Of a stretch of DNA of 64,000 bases, positions 37,209-50,917 are shown piece after piece. Positions within the stretch are counted from its first letter, which is position 1, and the number at the start of each line of letters is the position of its first letter. The translations under genes were made by a program, and so were the position numbers. The notes below the pieces were generated by a model. It was not told the origin of the DNA and did not search any database. It worked only from the letters and a program-made list of their open reading frames with translations. The DNA comes from Stegostoma tigrinum (lineage: Eukaryota): the NCBI RefSeq assembly GCF_030684315.1, contig NC_081387.1:24856647-24920646 (forward strand), given 5' to 3'.

Positions 37209-38280
37209 CAATTCCATGTCATTTCCATTGATTATCAATGACTGGTCAAGAATTTCAAATTGAAATCTGCAAACTGACAAAGACACAATGTCTTTTTTAA
37301 ACAGTGTTATACAGAAATTGCGCTTTGAGTCTGCTGATTCTCAATTTTGCGAATGCAAAATGTGACAGATTATTTAATTTATTTGATATTTAAATAGTGT
37401 TGTCTTTTGTTTGTTTTATTTATATTAGTACTCCTCATGGAGAGTTATTGAACCATCCCTGGTGGAAGAGAACTAGGATACCGAGTCTGATATTCAGACT
37501 GATTATTCCCCTTGGACCAGGTACTGGTCCTTGAAGAATATTGACTGTTCCTCACGCACAATTTCTATTCTATTCAACCTTTGATATCATTATGAAAACA
37601 AAGCACGATGATTGAGTTAACTGCAGGGTGATGAAGGCCAAATCAAGTGCCCAGAAATGCACTGGCTTTCTAACTCCACGATATGATTGGCCAAGTCTTC
37701 ATAGCACTTAACCTGTTTAGCAAGTGTATGGTCAGCAATGTAATTGAAATGGTGAAATAATATTCAGCAAACACTAAGAATGTGGCTCAATAATTGTTCC
37801 TTATTCACAATCTGAAGTGACCAGTTGGTTTACATCTGCTTGGTTGCAGTGGATGTCGGAGTGGCATATTTGCTGCTCTGACCAAAGGGTAATGGTTGAG
37901 ATTGTTCCTGAATGGAAATACCATGTTCCCTTAGTGTGTTGATGTCTCCAGTGGCCATCCTTCAGACTGGGTAATAAACAGTGATCCTGGTGATAAACCT
38001 GATTGGCTCTGCAGACAGAAAGATTTTTCATCCACAATGTTGGACCACAGAAATTTAATTGCAGTTCTTTGATCAAACTCAATGTTTCATGTAAAACTGT
38101 AACATCTGTTATGTAGGTGACTTTCCGTGGCAATAATATTGTCAAGTTTAAGAGGTTCCAGATTGTTAAGTTATTATTTAATTGTATTTATCGATAGGTG
38201 TATTTATATTATTTATGTTAATATTTATGTCTGCAAAGATAAAGCAGGATTAATAAAACTAATTTAAGCGCAAGAACTGT
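37209..38280 (+). promoter_or_regulatory. 3'UTR of copy 2 with AREs and poly(A) signal
   Basis: ATTTA cluster ~38170-38230; AATAAA 38252-38257. Confidence 0.7.
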
Positions 38281-38938
38281 TTCCTTCTGATTGTTGCACA
38301 TTGATTTGGATTTGGAGTTATTTGTGGGTGTTTTTTAAATGTGATGATGCTCTTGATTCTCTCTTAGAACAGACTGTTCCAATTCAGTGTTATCAAACTG
38401 GGAAGCTGGGGAGGCAATCAGGTGTATGGGGATCTTGCATGATGAGGAGATTGTGAATCTGAGCAAGGAAATCAGAAAATTGTTCATCTTGTCGGATCAG
38501 GGTATTGCAAATGTGAGAGAAACAATCAGGAACTTGGTAACCTTGCAGGATGAAGGGATTGGGAATCTGAGCGATGGAATCAAGAGTTTGGGATTAAGAA
38601 ACTAACACTAAGGGAAAGGAATAGATCATGTGTCCTCCCCATGAGCTTGCAGAATCATTTGATGAGGTCATGGCTGACATTTGACCTCAAGGTGATTCTC
38701 CACCCAGAGTCCAGCATTTCCTGCCATCTGTGGTGATGAAAAGCTTCTGTTCTCAACCTCAGTAATTGAGGATTGGAAATATTTGAAAGATGGGTGACCT
38801 AATAGATGAATACAAAACTCTGAGGAGCTGGCATGGAGAGGAGTGTTTGAGTCTTTACCCAAGGTAGAAATGCCAAATAGTGCCAGTATTGTTTTAAAGT
38901 GAGAGGTTGAACGCTTAATGCAAGTGTGTGAGGGTAAT

Positions 38939-41900
38939 GATGGTAGAGTCTCCCACCCACCCTCCTCCTCTAACCTAGTTAATAAGGTAAGGTTCATTCT
39001 AAACTTACTCTATTGAATATAAGTTTGTTATTAATTTATTATTATTACTTGAGGTAAGCTTTCTACTTTAGTATTGAGTGGGTGTTCAGATAAGTGGGGC
39101 AGTTGCTTGCTCCTCCTGCAGAATGTGGCAGTTGGGAGATGTGGCACACGTCTCCGCTGGCTACATCTGCGGGAAGTGCACCCAACTCCAGCTCCTTTTA
39201 AACCGTGTTAGGGAAATGGAGCTGGAGCTGGATGAACTACGGATCATTCGGGAGGCAGAGGGGGTAATTGAGAAGAGTTATCGGGAGTTGGTCACTCCTA
39301 AGGCTCAGGACGAGGATAGATGGGTTACAGTTAGGGGGAGGAAAGGGGACAGACAGACAGTGCAGAGATCCCCTGTGGGCATTCCCCTCAGCAATAAGTA
39401 TACCGTTTTGGATACTGCTGTGGGGGATGACCTACCAGAGGAAAGCCATAGTAGTCAGTTCTCTGGCACTGAGCCTGACACTGTGGCAAAGAAGGGAAGG
39501 GGGCAGAATAGAAAAGTACTCGTGGTAGGGGACTCGATAGTTAGGGGAATCGACAGGAGATTTTGTGGGAAAGATCGGGATTCCCGGAAGGTATGTTGCC
39601 TCCCTGGTGCCAGGGTCCGGGACGTCTCCGATTGGGTGTATAAGGTTCTAAAAGGGGAGGGCGAACAGCCAGAAATCGTGTTACATATTGGCACAAATGA
39701 TATAGCCAGAAATAGGATTGAGGATATAAAAAGTGATTTCAGGGAGTTAGGATGGAAGCTGCAGAGCAGGACGAACAGAGTAGTGTTCTCTGGTTTAATA
39801 CCGGTGCCACGAGATAGTGAGGCGAGGAACAGGGAGCGGGCGCAGCTGAACACGTGGCTACGCAGCTGGTGTAGGAGGGAGGGCTTCAGATATGTAGATA
39901 ATTGGGATGCCTCCTGGGGAAGGTGGGACCTGTACAAGAAGGACGGGTTGGATCTGAACTGGGAGGGGTCCAATGTCCTGGGTGGAAGGTTTGCTCGAGT
40001 AGTTCGAGAGGGTTTAAACTAGTATGGCAGGGGGGTGGGAACCTGAGCTGTATGCAGAGAGTTGTTGCAGAGAGTATGGTGAGAGTTGATGCAGGTGAGG
40101 CAGTAGCAAGAGATAGACCAACTAGTGGGAAGGATTTTCCTGGGAAGGAACCAAGGGATCGGTTAAAGTGTGTTTGCTTTAATGCAAGGAGTATCAGGAA
40201 TAAAAGTGATGAACTTAGAGCATGGATCAGTACCTGGTGCTATGATGTTGTGGCCATAACAGAGACATGGGTTTCTCAGGGGCAGGAATGGTTGCTGGAT
40301 CTTCCAGGGTTTAGAGCATTTAAAAAGAATAGGGAGGGGGTAAAAGAGGAGGGGGTGTAGCACTACTAATCAGAGAGGGTATCACAGCTACAGAAGCTTC
40401 CTTTGTCGATGAAGATCTGCCTACTGAGTCAGTATGGGTGGAAATGAGGAAGAGCAAGGGAGTAGTCACCTCGTTAGGGGTTTACTACAGGCCCCCCAAT
40501 AGCAGCAGGGAGATTGAAGAAAGCATAGGTCGACAGATTTTGGAAAAGTGTGCACGCAGTAGGGTTGTTGTAATGGGTGACTTTAACTTTCCTAATATTG
40601 ATTGGAACCTCCTTCGAGCAGAAGATTTGAATGGAGCTGTTTTTGTAAGGTGTGTTCAGGAGGGTTTCCTAACGCAGTACGTTGACAGGCCGACGAGGGG
40701 AGAGGCCATTCTAGACTTGGTGCTTGGAAACGAGCCGGGGCAGGTATCAGATCTTGTGGTGGGAGAGCATTTTGGTGATAGTGACCATAACTGCCTCACA
40801 TTCTACATAGCTATGGAGAAGGAGAGGATTAGGCAAAATGGGAGGATATTTAATTGGGGAAGAGGAAACTATGATGCGATTAGACATGAGTTAGGAAGCA
40901 TGGACTGGGAGCAGTTGTTCCATGGTAAGGGAACTATAGACATGTGGAGACTGTTTAAGGAACAGTTGTTGGGAGTGATGAGTAAATATGTCCCTCTGAG
41001 ACAGGCAAGAAGGGGTAAGATTAAGGAACCTTGGAAGACGAGAGTGGTGGAGCTTCTAGTGAAAAGGAAGAAGGTAGCTTACATAAGGTGGAGGAAGCTA
41101 GCGTAATGTTCAGCTAGAGAGGATTACATGCAGGCAAGGAAGGAGCTCAAAAATGGTCTGAGGAGAGCCAGGAGGGGGCACGAGAAAGGCTTGGCAGAAG
41201 GAATCCGGGAAAACACAAAGGCATTTTACACTTACGTGAGGAATAAGAGAATGATCAAAGAAAGAGTAGGGCCGATCAGGGATAGCATAGGGAACTTGTG
41301 TGTGGAGCCTGAGGAGGTAGGGGAAGCCCTAAATGAGTTTTTTGCTTCTGTCTTTACGAAAGAAACGAAGTTTGTAGTGAATGAAACCTTTGAAGAGCAG
41401 GTGTGCATGCTGGAATGGATAGAGATAGAGGAAGCTGATGTGCTGAAAATTTTGTCAAACATTAAGATTGACAAGTCGCCAGGCCCGGACCAGATTTGTC
41501 CTCGGCTGCTTTGGGAAGCGAGAAATGCAATTGCTTCGCCACTTGTGAAGATCTTTGCATCCTCGCTCTCCACTGGAGTCGTACCTGAGGACTGGAGAGA
41601 GGCAAATGTAATTCCTCTCTTCAAGAAAGGAAATAGGGAAATCCCCGGCAATTATAGACCGGTAAGTCTCACGTCTGTCGTATGCAAGGTGTTAGAAAGG
41701 ATTCTGAGGGATAAGATTTATGACCATCTGGAAGAGCATGGCTTGATCAAATACAGTCAACACGGCTTTGTGAGGGGTAGGTCATGCCTTACAAACCTTA
41801 TCGAGTTTTTTGAGGATGTGACTAGAAAAGTTGATGAGGGTCGAGCTGTGGATGTGGTGTATATGGACTTCAGTAAGGCATTTGATAAGGTTCCCCATGG

Positions 41901-43009
41901 TAGGCTCATTCAGAAGGTCAGGAGGAATGGGATACAGGGGAACTTAGCTGCTTGGATACAGAATTGGCTGGCCAACAGAAGACAGCGAGTGGTAGTAGAA
42001 GGAAAATATTCTGCCTGGAAGTCAGTGGTGAGTGGAGTTCCACAGGGCTCTGTCCTTGGGCCTCTACTGTTTGTAATTTTTATAAATGACTTGGATGAGG
42101 GGCTTGAAGGATGGGTCAGCAAGTTTGCAGACGACACAAAGGTCGGAGGTGTCGTTGACAGTGTAGAGGGCTGTTGTAGGCTGCAGCGGGACATTGACAG
42201 GATGCAGAGATGGGCTGAGAGGTGGCAGATGGAGTTCAACCTGGATAAATGCGAGGTGATGCATTTTGGAAGGTCGAATTTGAAAGCTGAGTACAGGATT
42301 AAGGATAGGATTCTTGGCAGCGTGGAGGAACAGAGGGATCTTGGTGTGCAGATACATAGATCCCTTAAAATGGCCACCCAAGTGGACAGGGTTGTTAAGA
42401 AAGCATATAGTGTCTTGGCTTTCACTAACAGGGGGATTAAGTTTAAGAGTCGTGAGATCTTGTTGCAGCTCTATAAAACTTTGGTTAGACCGCACTTGGA
42501 ATACTGCGTCCAGTTCTGGGCGCCCTATTATAGGAAAGATGTGGATGCTTTGGAGAGGGTTCAGAGGAGGTTTACCAGGACGCTGCCTGGACTGGAGGGC
42601 TTATCTTATGAAGAGAGGTTGACTGAGCTCGGTCTCTTTTCATTGGAGAAAAGGAGGAGGAGAGGGGACCTCATTGAGGTATACAAGATAATGAGAGGCA
42701 TAGATAGAGTTGATAGCCAGAGACTATTTCCCAGGGCAGAAATGGCTAGCACGAGGGGTCATAGTTTTAAGCTGGTTGGTGGAAAGTATAGAGGGGATGT
42801 CAGAGGCAGGTTCTTTACGCAGAGAGTTGTGAGAGCATGGAATGCGTTGCCAACAGCAGTTGTGGAAGCAAGGTCATTGGGGTCATTTAAGAGACTGCTG
42901 GACATGCATATGGTCACAGAAATTTGAGGGTGTATACATGAGGATCAATGGTCGGCACAACATTGTGGGCTGAAGGGTCTGTTCTGTGCTGTACTGTTCT
43001 ATGTTCTAT
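38939..43009 (+). mobile_element. Two-ORF CR1 LINE, apparently near full length (ORF1 zinc-finger/SGNH esterase; ORF2 APE+RT), inactivated
   Basis: ORF1 ~39078-40022 with CxxC..CxxC, GDSIVR, HIGTND. APE motifs NARS, ITETW, YYRPP, GDFN, SDHN. RT 41128-42927 with DFSKAFD, GVPQGSVLGP, FADD. (TTCTATG)n tail. GTAAT at 38934-38938 and 43010-43014. Frameshift ~40330 and stop 41104-41106. Confidence 0.95.
41128..42927 (+). pseudogene. CR1 ORF2 reverse-transcriptase portion (599 aa open, cut off from APE by TAA)
   Basis: RT motifs PGPD, YRPVSL, QHGF, DFSKAFD, GVPQGS, FADD. Confidence 0.9.
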
Positions 43010-43619
43010 GTAATTATTTGATTGCTGGGAATGCACTGCCAGGAGATGTTGTAGAAATAGATACAACAGCAACGTTTAAGTGGCATTTAGACATACCATC
43101 AAGATGCAGAAAATAGTCGGATATGGCACAAGCAGAAGGGATTAGTTCAGAATACCACCATTGTCGGAGCTAACATATTGGTCTGAAGAGTCTGTTGCTG
43201 TTCTGTGTTATTCTGAGTTGAATGTTTTAAGAACAGCCAACTCCCTCGAAGTAGCAACAGGAAAGTAACGACACGTATAGGAGGGAGAATAAAAAACCTT
43301 TTGATCCCAGATCAGTTCTTGGTAAAACATAGATAAATGTTCTGTTTACTATCCAGTGTTGCGAAACCACATCAATGGTTTTAAAAGCAGGCCAGCAGGT
43401 CACTTGAGGTGTAAGATGATGAGATAGAGAGCTGAGTGTAAAAATCACACCAGTCAACATGTAAGCACTATTGAAAAATACAAGGATGTGGTGTATTTAA
43501 GAAAGCAAAACCCGTAATCCAAATCCCTGAACCACAAGTAGAGACATCCAGCACTCAATGTCTGAGTAAATCACAGGTTTGTGAGAGATTAAAGGGCTAT
43601 CAAGAAGAAGTATTTAAAT

Positions 43620-44360
43620 TCTGTGGTTGATTCGCTCTCCGAGCTGGTTTGTTACTTGCAGCCTTTTCATTACCCTGCTGGGAAACATCATCACTAGCCT
43701 CCAATGAAGCGCTGTTGTGTTTTCCCGCTTCTTATTTAAACTCTGGTGTGCCCTGGATTCGGTCACCTCATAGCCAAACAGCTGGGTCCGATGATGTGTG
43801 TCACACAAATAACAGGAAGAAATAACAGACTTGACACATTACCGTTCATCCAGAACATGTCGGAACTGACCATAAGACTCTTGAGGCGGCTGTAATATAT
43901 GTAATATATGGGATTCCATGCAATGACTGCAACAAACATCACAGGAAGGAAACTGGCTGCGAGAATACATGAACACCAACTCGCAACAAAAAGAAACGAC
44001 CAATAGTCACTGATCTCCACACACACAGGAAGGAGAACCACCAGTTCGATTGGGACAGGATCAGGATCCTCGGGCAAGCCAATCAGAGGCAAGCATGCTT
44101 TCCTCCAAGAAGGCCATCAATAAACATGTGGGAATTAGACCCCTAACACACACCTATATACTGCAAAGAAAAGCTGGAAATGAGGTAATCTGATGCAACG
44201 GACCCAGAGATTGAATAACAAGAGGGAGAACACAACCATGCCTCATCGGTGGCTGCACTGATGGTGTTACCCAGCAGGGCAATGAAATGTCAGCAAACTC
44301 ATGAACTAGCTCAGCGAGTGAACCAACCATATCAATCACAACCCGAGAAACATATCTCCT
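43620..44360 (+). mobile_element. Duplicate of the PLE remnant in the unit 2 spacer
   Basis: Homologous to 31535-32355 with an internal ~80-bp deletion. Confidence 0.75.
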
Positions 44361-46523
44361 CAAGAAACTGAGCTGTTCACTTCGACATGAAAACCATTAT
44401 GTAAAGGCGTTGTCTTGAAGGATGCCAGGCAAGCCTGCAGATGATTGACAATTGTTTGGAAGTAAACACTTTCTTTACTTTATATTGCTGTCCTTTTCCA
44501 AGAGAACTTTTAAAACTCCTTAAATTCATCATTTGATGCTTTCATCAACAAAGGATGATGCAGATGTGAGCGCAGCAGAACATGAGAATCATGAACACCA
44601 CCTTCGTGCTCCATGGAATATAATGTCCATGTCAACGGAGTTGGGCAATGAGAATCCAATTGTCAGGTGAGTCTCTTTGCTTGACTTATTTCAAAGGCAC
44701 CTAGCCTGCTCCATGATGCATCAGTCTTGGCCGAGCATAGGACACACCAATAACAAGCTTCCCCCACTCTTTGAACAAATGCTTTCATCAATTTTAATGT
44801 GAATTTGACGCAAAAGAAACGGCCTCCCAGACCTGATCTGTCATCAGGAATGATGTGTGAATTTGATAATATCACCCACTGTGACTCTGTCAGGCGCTCT
44901 TTGAAAGTGTGTCAGGCGAACTCAGCCAAACACTTGTCCATTACGGAAATGGCTTGGTTTGTGATTTATTTTCCCATTTCTAGAAAGCATCTTGTAGCAT
45001 ATTGCTTTTGAGGAAGGGATGTTCAGTGAATGGAAATACGCACTCATTAAGCTCAATCTGACCAGCTGGAATGCAGGGCTTTCCATTTCTCAGGGAAGTA
45101 TGGTCTGGGGTCAATCTTGAAAAATTCCTTTCAGTCCCAATCGTTGACGCACTTTTTCCCCAATCCAAAATAGACATCACCTCTCACTCCTCTGAAATCC
45201 AGTGAAAATAAGTTCACCCTGAAAAATCAATCCTTATCAGACAACCCTCCCATTCCAAGTATCGATCTCACAAGTCTCCTTCAGCACATTCACATTTTTC
45301 CCTTGGCAGTAGGATCGAAAATACAGACAGTGTGTCAAGAGAGCACAGTGTCCTTACTTAGATATATAGTGTACCCAATTGATTTTATAATAAAACACAT
45401 GATTCCAGTCCCATTTCTGGTGATGTGATTTAGCTGCATAATAGCTTTACGGGATCCTTGCTCGAGAACATCAAGATACACTGGACTTCTGGAGTCATTC
45501 CATGTGGTTTCTTTCTGCCAATCAGAGAAAGGTGAACTAATGCATCTGCTGTGTTTGCTGCCGGCGAGCCAATCTTCTGTACATGTTAATGTTATCCCTA
45601 CATCATGTGTTTCCATCCTGCACCATCACCATGATGTGACAACTTGGCAAATGCCACCTGTCTAATCCAGGTACAGTGCATCAGTAACCTGTCCTTTATC
45701 CTTCATTACTCCTTCGAACATTTCTAATAAACCAACTAAATATGATTTCTCCTGACAAAAATCAAGTTGGTTCTTTTTCACGAGCATTAATTGCAGGTAC
45801 ACAGAGAGAAGGCATTGTAACAGTGTCCCTCTGAAAGATGTAATGTCAACTCTCCTATGGCTTCCCTTCTTGTACAGAGACAGTACATGAGTTAATTTCA
45901 GTATGGTGGAACATTTCGTGCATCTTTTGAACTTTTAAAAATTCACACCAACAAATGGGCTGCCGCATTAGTCCTGCAGTATGACCCTGTCTTGCTCTGT
46001 CTATGTGTTCAGTAATACTTCCCGACTGAATATAATTTCATCATATTCCTGCACCCATTCCACCTCCGGATTTAATAAATACCTGCTGATGCCTGCTTTC
46101 ATTTCCTTATTCTCTGTGATTAACTGCCCCATCTCACTATCCAGGGGACCAGCACGCAGTGTCCTTCCTCCGCTATGTTTGAAGTGGCCTGTAGAAACTG
46201 TTGTTTTTTCATGTTGAGTTAATTTTCTCATTCTGTCTCGTTTTGTCCTCTTGATTAATCTGTTCGTCATTCACTTCTGCTCTCTCGTATTTTTGCCCCA
46301 ACATCTGATAAGTCACACATCCGTGTGCAATTGTATGCTTTTTATAAGCTTGATATTTGTGTACGTTATTTCGTTCACCACTGGGGATGCATCTTCCCCT
46401 GACTAAAGGAGAAACCATGATTTCCCTGAGAAAGTTCGCGCTGTGCCCACCTGACATCTACACATATCCCTCTATCGTTGTTGTCAGTGAAAGTGAGCAC
46501 AAAGGAGAGACCGGGTGATATAT

Positions 46524-46729
46524 TGAAGCCCACTTTTGGTTCAGTGCAGCTTTCCCCGGATTTGGGGGAAACTGCTCTGGTTCCGCGTTGGGTGAAAGTT
46601 ACACAGAGCGAGTCTCAACTTCGATGAGGAGAATGGTCACTTTCCAAACGCTAATGTTTCTGCCTGGGTATTTCCCACTCCATTGCATCACAGTTACCAG
46701 TGATGTGGTTCTGCTCGTTATAAGGAGCT
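46524..46729 (+). promoter_or_regulatory. Proximal promoter of TNF copy 3
   Basis: TATAA 46719-46723 and the same kB/C-EBP-ATF/RUNX motifs. Confidence 0.7.
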
Positions 46730-46846
46730 GTTGGTGAGCAGCAGCAGTTACAGAGCAGGCACCTCCAACCGAGTGAGAGAGACAGAGAGGCTGACCGGCT
46801 CAGAGTCACCCACTCACACACCGAGCTCCCGCTGCCTTCTGACACC

Positions 46847-49187
46847 ATGAATCCTGAGAACAAATTGCAGGAACTGGAGAATGGGGGGCTGCTTCCCGTC
46901 AGGGACGGAGCCTCGAACAGAAGCTGCTTCTGGCCGGCTCTCTGTGCGCTCGCTGTGCTCGGCTTATTGCTGGTTTCGTCCTGTCTCTTCCTGGCTCATT
47001 TTGGAGTTCTCCCTTCAAAGCAGGTGAGTGAGGATCTTGCATTTTGGAGAATAGGGGATCGGGCTCCCGCCTGCCGCTTGCATAGCTCCGCCAGAGGCGG
47101 GTGTTTGGAAGCGGTGGGGCCAAACTGGGAAGTGATTTCAGTCTCAGTTGCTGCTGTCAGCCTGGAGGCAAACAGGAAACTGTGAACCAGGTCGCTACTT
47201 TAGCTGCAGTCTCTCAACAGCGAAGCAAATACCGAGCGATTTTGTCGTCAATCCTGCTAAATCTCCATTGTTAGCTCAGGGAACTGTTAGAATTGCTCCC
47301 TGTTCGATGGTAAACGCCACATAAACGGGATTTCTCAGTCAGTGCTGCCGGTGCTATCATAGGAGAAGCAGGTACTGGCTGCTGTGAGTCGAGGGCAGTC
47401 ACCGGTCTGAATGGCCCCATGGTGTGGCTCTGCACAGTCTGGATGGACAATAGTCTGTCTGCACTTTGCAGTCCAAAGTAGTGACTGTGAAAGGCAGCGT
47501 CTCTATGCAAAGTAATTTCTCTGTACAGTACAGTTTCTCAGTAAACACACTGTCTCCCTCCGATACAGTGTCTCCCCAAAATGTGTTGAGCTTGTACAGT
47601 GCAGCGAGCTTGTTTACAGATCAGACAGACCATGTACCTGTGGGCTGGGATGTCGAACCACTTCTGTTAGGTGCAGTGAAAATTCAGTGTATTTCAATAT
47701 CTTAACATCTGTCCTTGTTGAACTTCTTCAGGATTCAAGACCAAAGCTGGAAGATCCCCATCCAGCCCTGACAACAGCTGCTCAGGCCAATGGTGTGTAC
47801 TGTCACTGTCCATATATTATATTGCTTTGCTGATGTGTGTCTCTGTGTCAAACCTTTTCAATATTTCTGTCTTTTCATCTCTCATTTCCAGTATTACTGT
47901 ATGTCACCTCTCTCAATCATGCTCTTTTGCTGTTTATGTGTCGATTTCCCTGAGCCATCGTCAGACTCTTGAGGACCCTCTCCCAGTTTGGAGTGATATT
48001 ATACTTGAAATCTTCCCTCTCTTTCTCCCTCCACTGGTGTGTTTTCTCCTGCAGTCGTCTCTCTCATTATCCCATCTGTGCAGTTGTCTCCTCTTCAGCC
48101 CCTCTCTCTCACCCTGTGTCTGTCATTCTGTGCTCTGTGGGTGTCACAACAGTGACTGAGTTTCCATCCTTTCCATTTCCAGGTTTGCCTCGTCTCATGA
48201 AGCAGGTGGGGAGTGTCCCAGGGCCGAGAATCGCTGCTCACCTGACAGGTACGGAAGTGTTCTCAATGTGACTGCATTCTCTGGAGAATAGTCTACAGTG
48301 GCTGGGGAGGTGTAGGGGAGTACTGGAAAGACATCTACTTTCTCTATCAGTAATGCCATGTGGAGAGAGCACCACAGGAGAAGAGCAAGAGGTTATTGGG
48401 ATCTGGGAAAAGAGAAAGGAGATTGGTGTGAGCTGGTTCAGCTGAACCCTGAGATAGAACAGACACAAAGGTTAAAATCTTTCTGTGGTTGGCCTCTCTG
48501 TGTGTGTCAGAGTGAAAATTGCCCTCAGGGTAATAATTAAGTTGCAGTCCATCCAGTTTCTCTGAGATTGTAAGCTGTGGGACCTTGCTGTGCACAGATT
48601 GTTTGCTGCATTTCCTGCAATTGCATAGTCTTTCCATCAAAAACACATCATTGGTTGTATCGTGCTTTGTCATATCCCCAAGCCATGATTAGGGCTGTGT
48701 TAATACAAGCTGTATCTTTGTCTTTGTTCGATCCTCATGATTGCTTCTTTCTCTCCCTTCACCCTCCACCACAGCTTCAGCAAGAAATGAAAAAGGGGAA
48801 GTAATTTGGCAGAATGAGAGTGACTCCACCTTCACCGAGGGAGTGGAGTTCAGGGACAACCGTCTGATCATCAAGAGGCCGGGACAGTACTTTGTCTACA
48901 CTCAGGTGGTCTTCCACAGCATGGGCTGTGAGCAACAGGCCATTTACCTCAGCCATGAGCTCGCCAAGCAGTCGGCAAGTTATCCTGAGGAAGCCGTCCT
49001 ACTGAAAGCCACCAAATCTGCCTGCCACTCTCACCAACGTAGGGAGCCCTGGTACAAAACCTCCTACCAGGGAGCCATCTTTGAGTTTCTGGAGGGAGAT
49101 GAGATCTTCTCCAGGGTTAATGAGGATGCAACGGGATTTGTAGACGCAGCCGAAGGAAAGACTTTCTTTGGAATATTTGCTGTGTAA
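46847..49187 (+). CDS. tnf: TNF-alpha-like cytokine, copy 3; exons 46847-47023, 47732-47792, 48183-48248, 48775-49187; 238 aa
   Basis: Offset 11979 from copy 2. Splice sites intact. Protein differs from copy 2 only by K24N as read. Confidence 0.88.
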
Positions 49188-50260
49188 CAATTCCATGTCA
49201 TTTCCATTGATTATCAATGACTGGTCAAGAATTTCACATTGAAATCTGCAAACTGACAAAGACACAATGTCTTTTTTAAACAGTGTTATACAGAAATTGC
49301 GCTTTGAGTCTGCTGATTCTCAATTTTGCGAATGCAAAATGTGACAGATTATTTAATTTATTTGATATTTGAATAGTGTTGTCTTTTGTTTGTTTTATTT
49401 ATATTAGTACTCCTCATGGAGAGTTATTGAACCATCCCTGGTGGAAGAGAACTAGGATACCGAGTCTGATATTCAGACTGATTATTCCTCTTGGACCAGG
49501 TACTGGTCCTTGAAGAATATTGACTGTTCCTCACGCACAATTTCTATTCTATTCAACCTTTGATATCATTATGAAAACAAAGCACGATGATTGAGTTAAC
49601 TGCAGGGTGATGAAGGCCAAATCAAGTGCCCAGAAATGCACTGGCTTTCTAACTCCACGATATGATTGGCCAAGTCTTCATAGCACTTAACCTGTTTAGC
49701 AAGTGTATGGTCAGCAATGTAATTGAAATGGTGAAATAATATTCAGCAAACACTAAGAATGTGGCTCAATAATTGTTCCTTATTCACAATCTGAAGTGAC
49801 CAGTTGGTTTACATCTGCTTGGTTGCAGTGGATGTCGGAGTGGCATATTTGCTGCTCTGACCAAAGGGTAATGGTTGAGATTGTTCCTGAATGGAAATAC
49901 CATGTTCCCTTAGTGTGTTGATGTCTCCAGTGGCCATCCTTCAGACTGGGTAATAAACAGTGATCCTGGTGATAAACCTGATTGGCTCTGCAGACAGAAA
50001 GATTTTTCATCCACAATGTTGGACCACAGAAATTTAATTGCAGTTCTTTGATCAAACTCAATGTTTCATGTAAAACTGTAACATCTGTTTTATAGGTGAC
50101 TTTCCGTGGCAATAATATTGTCAAGCTTAAGAGGTTCCAGATTGTTAAGTTATTATTTAATTGTATTTATCGATAGGTGTATTTATATTATTTATGTTAA
50201 TATTTATGTCTGCAAAGATAAAGCAGGATTAATAAAACTAATTTAAGCGCAAGAACTGTT
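49188..50260 (+). promoter_or_regulatory. 3'UTR of copy 3 with AREs and poly(A) signal
   Basis: ATTTA cluster ~50150-50210; AATAAA 50231-50236. Confidence 0.7.
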
Positions 50261-50917
50261 TCCTTCTGATTGTTGCACATTGATTTGGATTTGGAGTTAT
50301 TTGTGGGTGTTTTTTAAATGTGATGATGCTCTTGATTCTCTCTTAGAACAGACTGTTCCAATTCAGTGTTATCAAACTGGGAAGCTGGGGAGGCAATCAG
50401 GTGTATGGGTATCTTGCATGATGAGGAGATTGTGAATCTGAGCAAGGAAATCAGAAAATTGTTCATCTTGTCGGATCAGGGTATTGCAAATGTGAGAGAA
50501 ACAATCAGGAACTTGGTAACCTTGCAGGATGAAGGGATTGGGAATCTGAGCGATGGAATCAAGAGTTTGGGATTAAGAAACTAACACTAAGGGAAAGGAA
50601 TAGATCATGTGTCCTCCCCATGAGATTGCAGAATCATTTGATGAGGTCATGGCTGACATTTGACCTCAAGGTGATTCTCCACCCAGAGTCTAGCATTTCC
50701 TGCCATCTGTGGTGATGAAAAGCTTCTGTTCTCAAACTCAGTAATTGAGGATTGGAAATATTTGAAAGAGGGGTGACCTAATAGATGAGTACAAAACTCT
50801 GAGGAGCTGGCATGGAGAGGAGTGTTTGAGTCTTTACCCAAGGTAGAAATGCCAAATAGTGCCAGTATTGTTTTAAAGTGAGATGTTGAACGCTTAATGC
50901 AAGTGTGTGAGGGTAAT

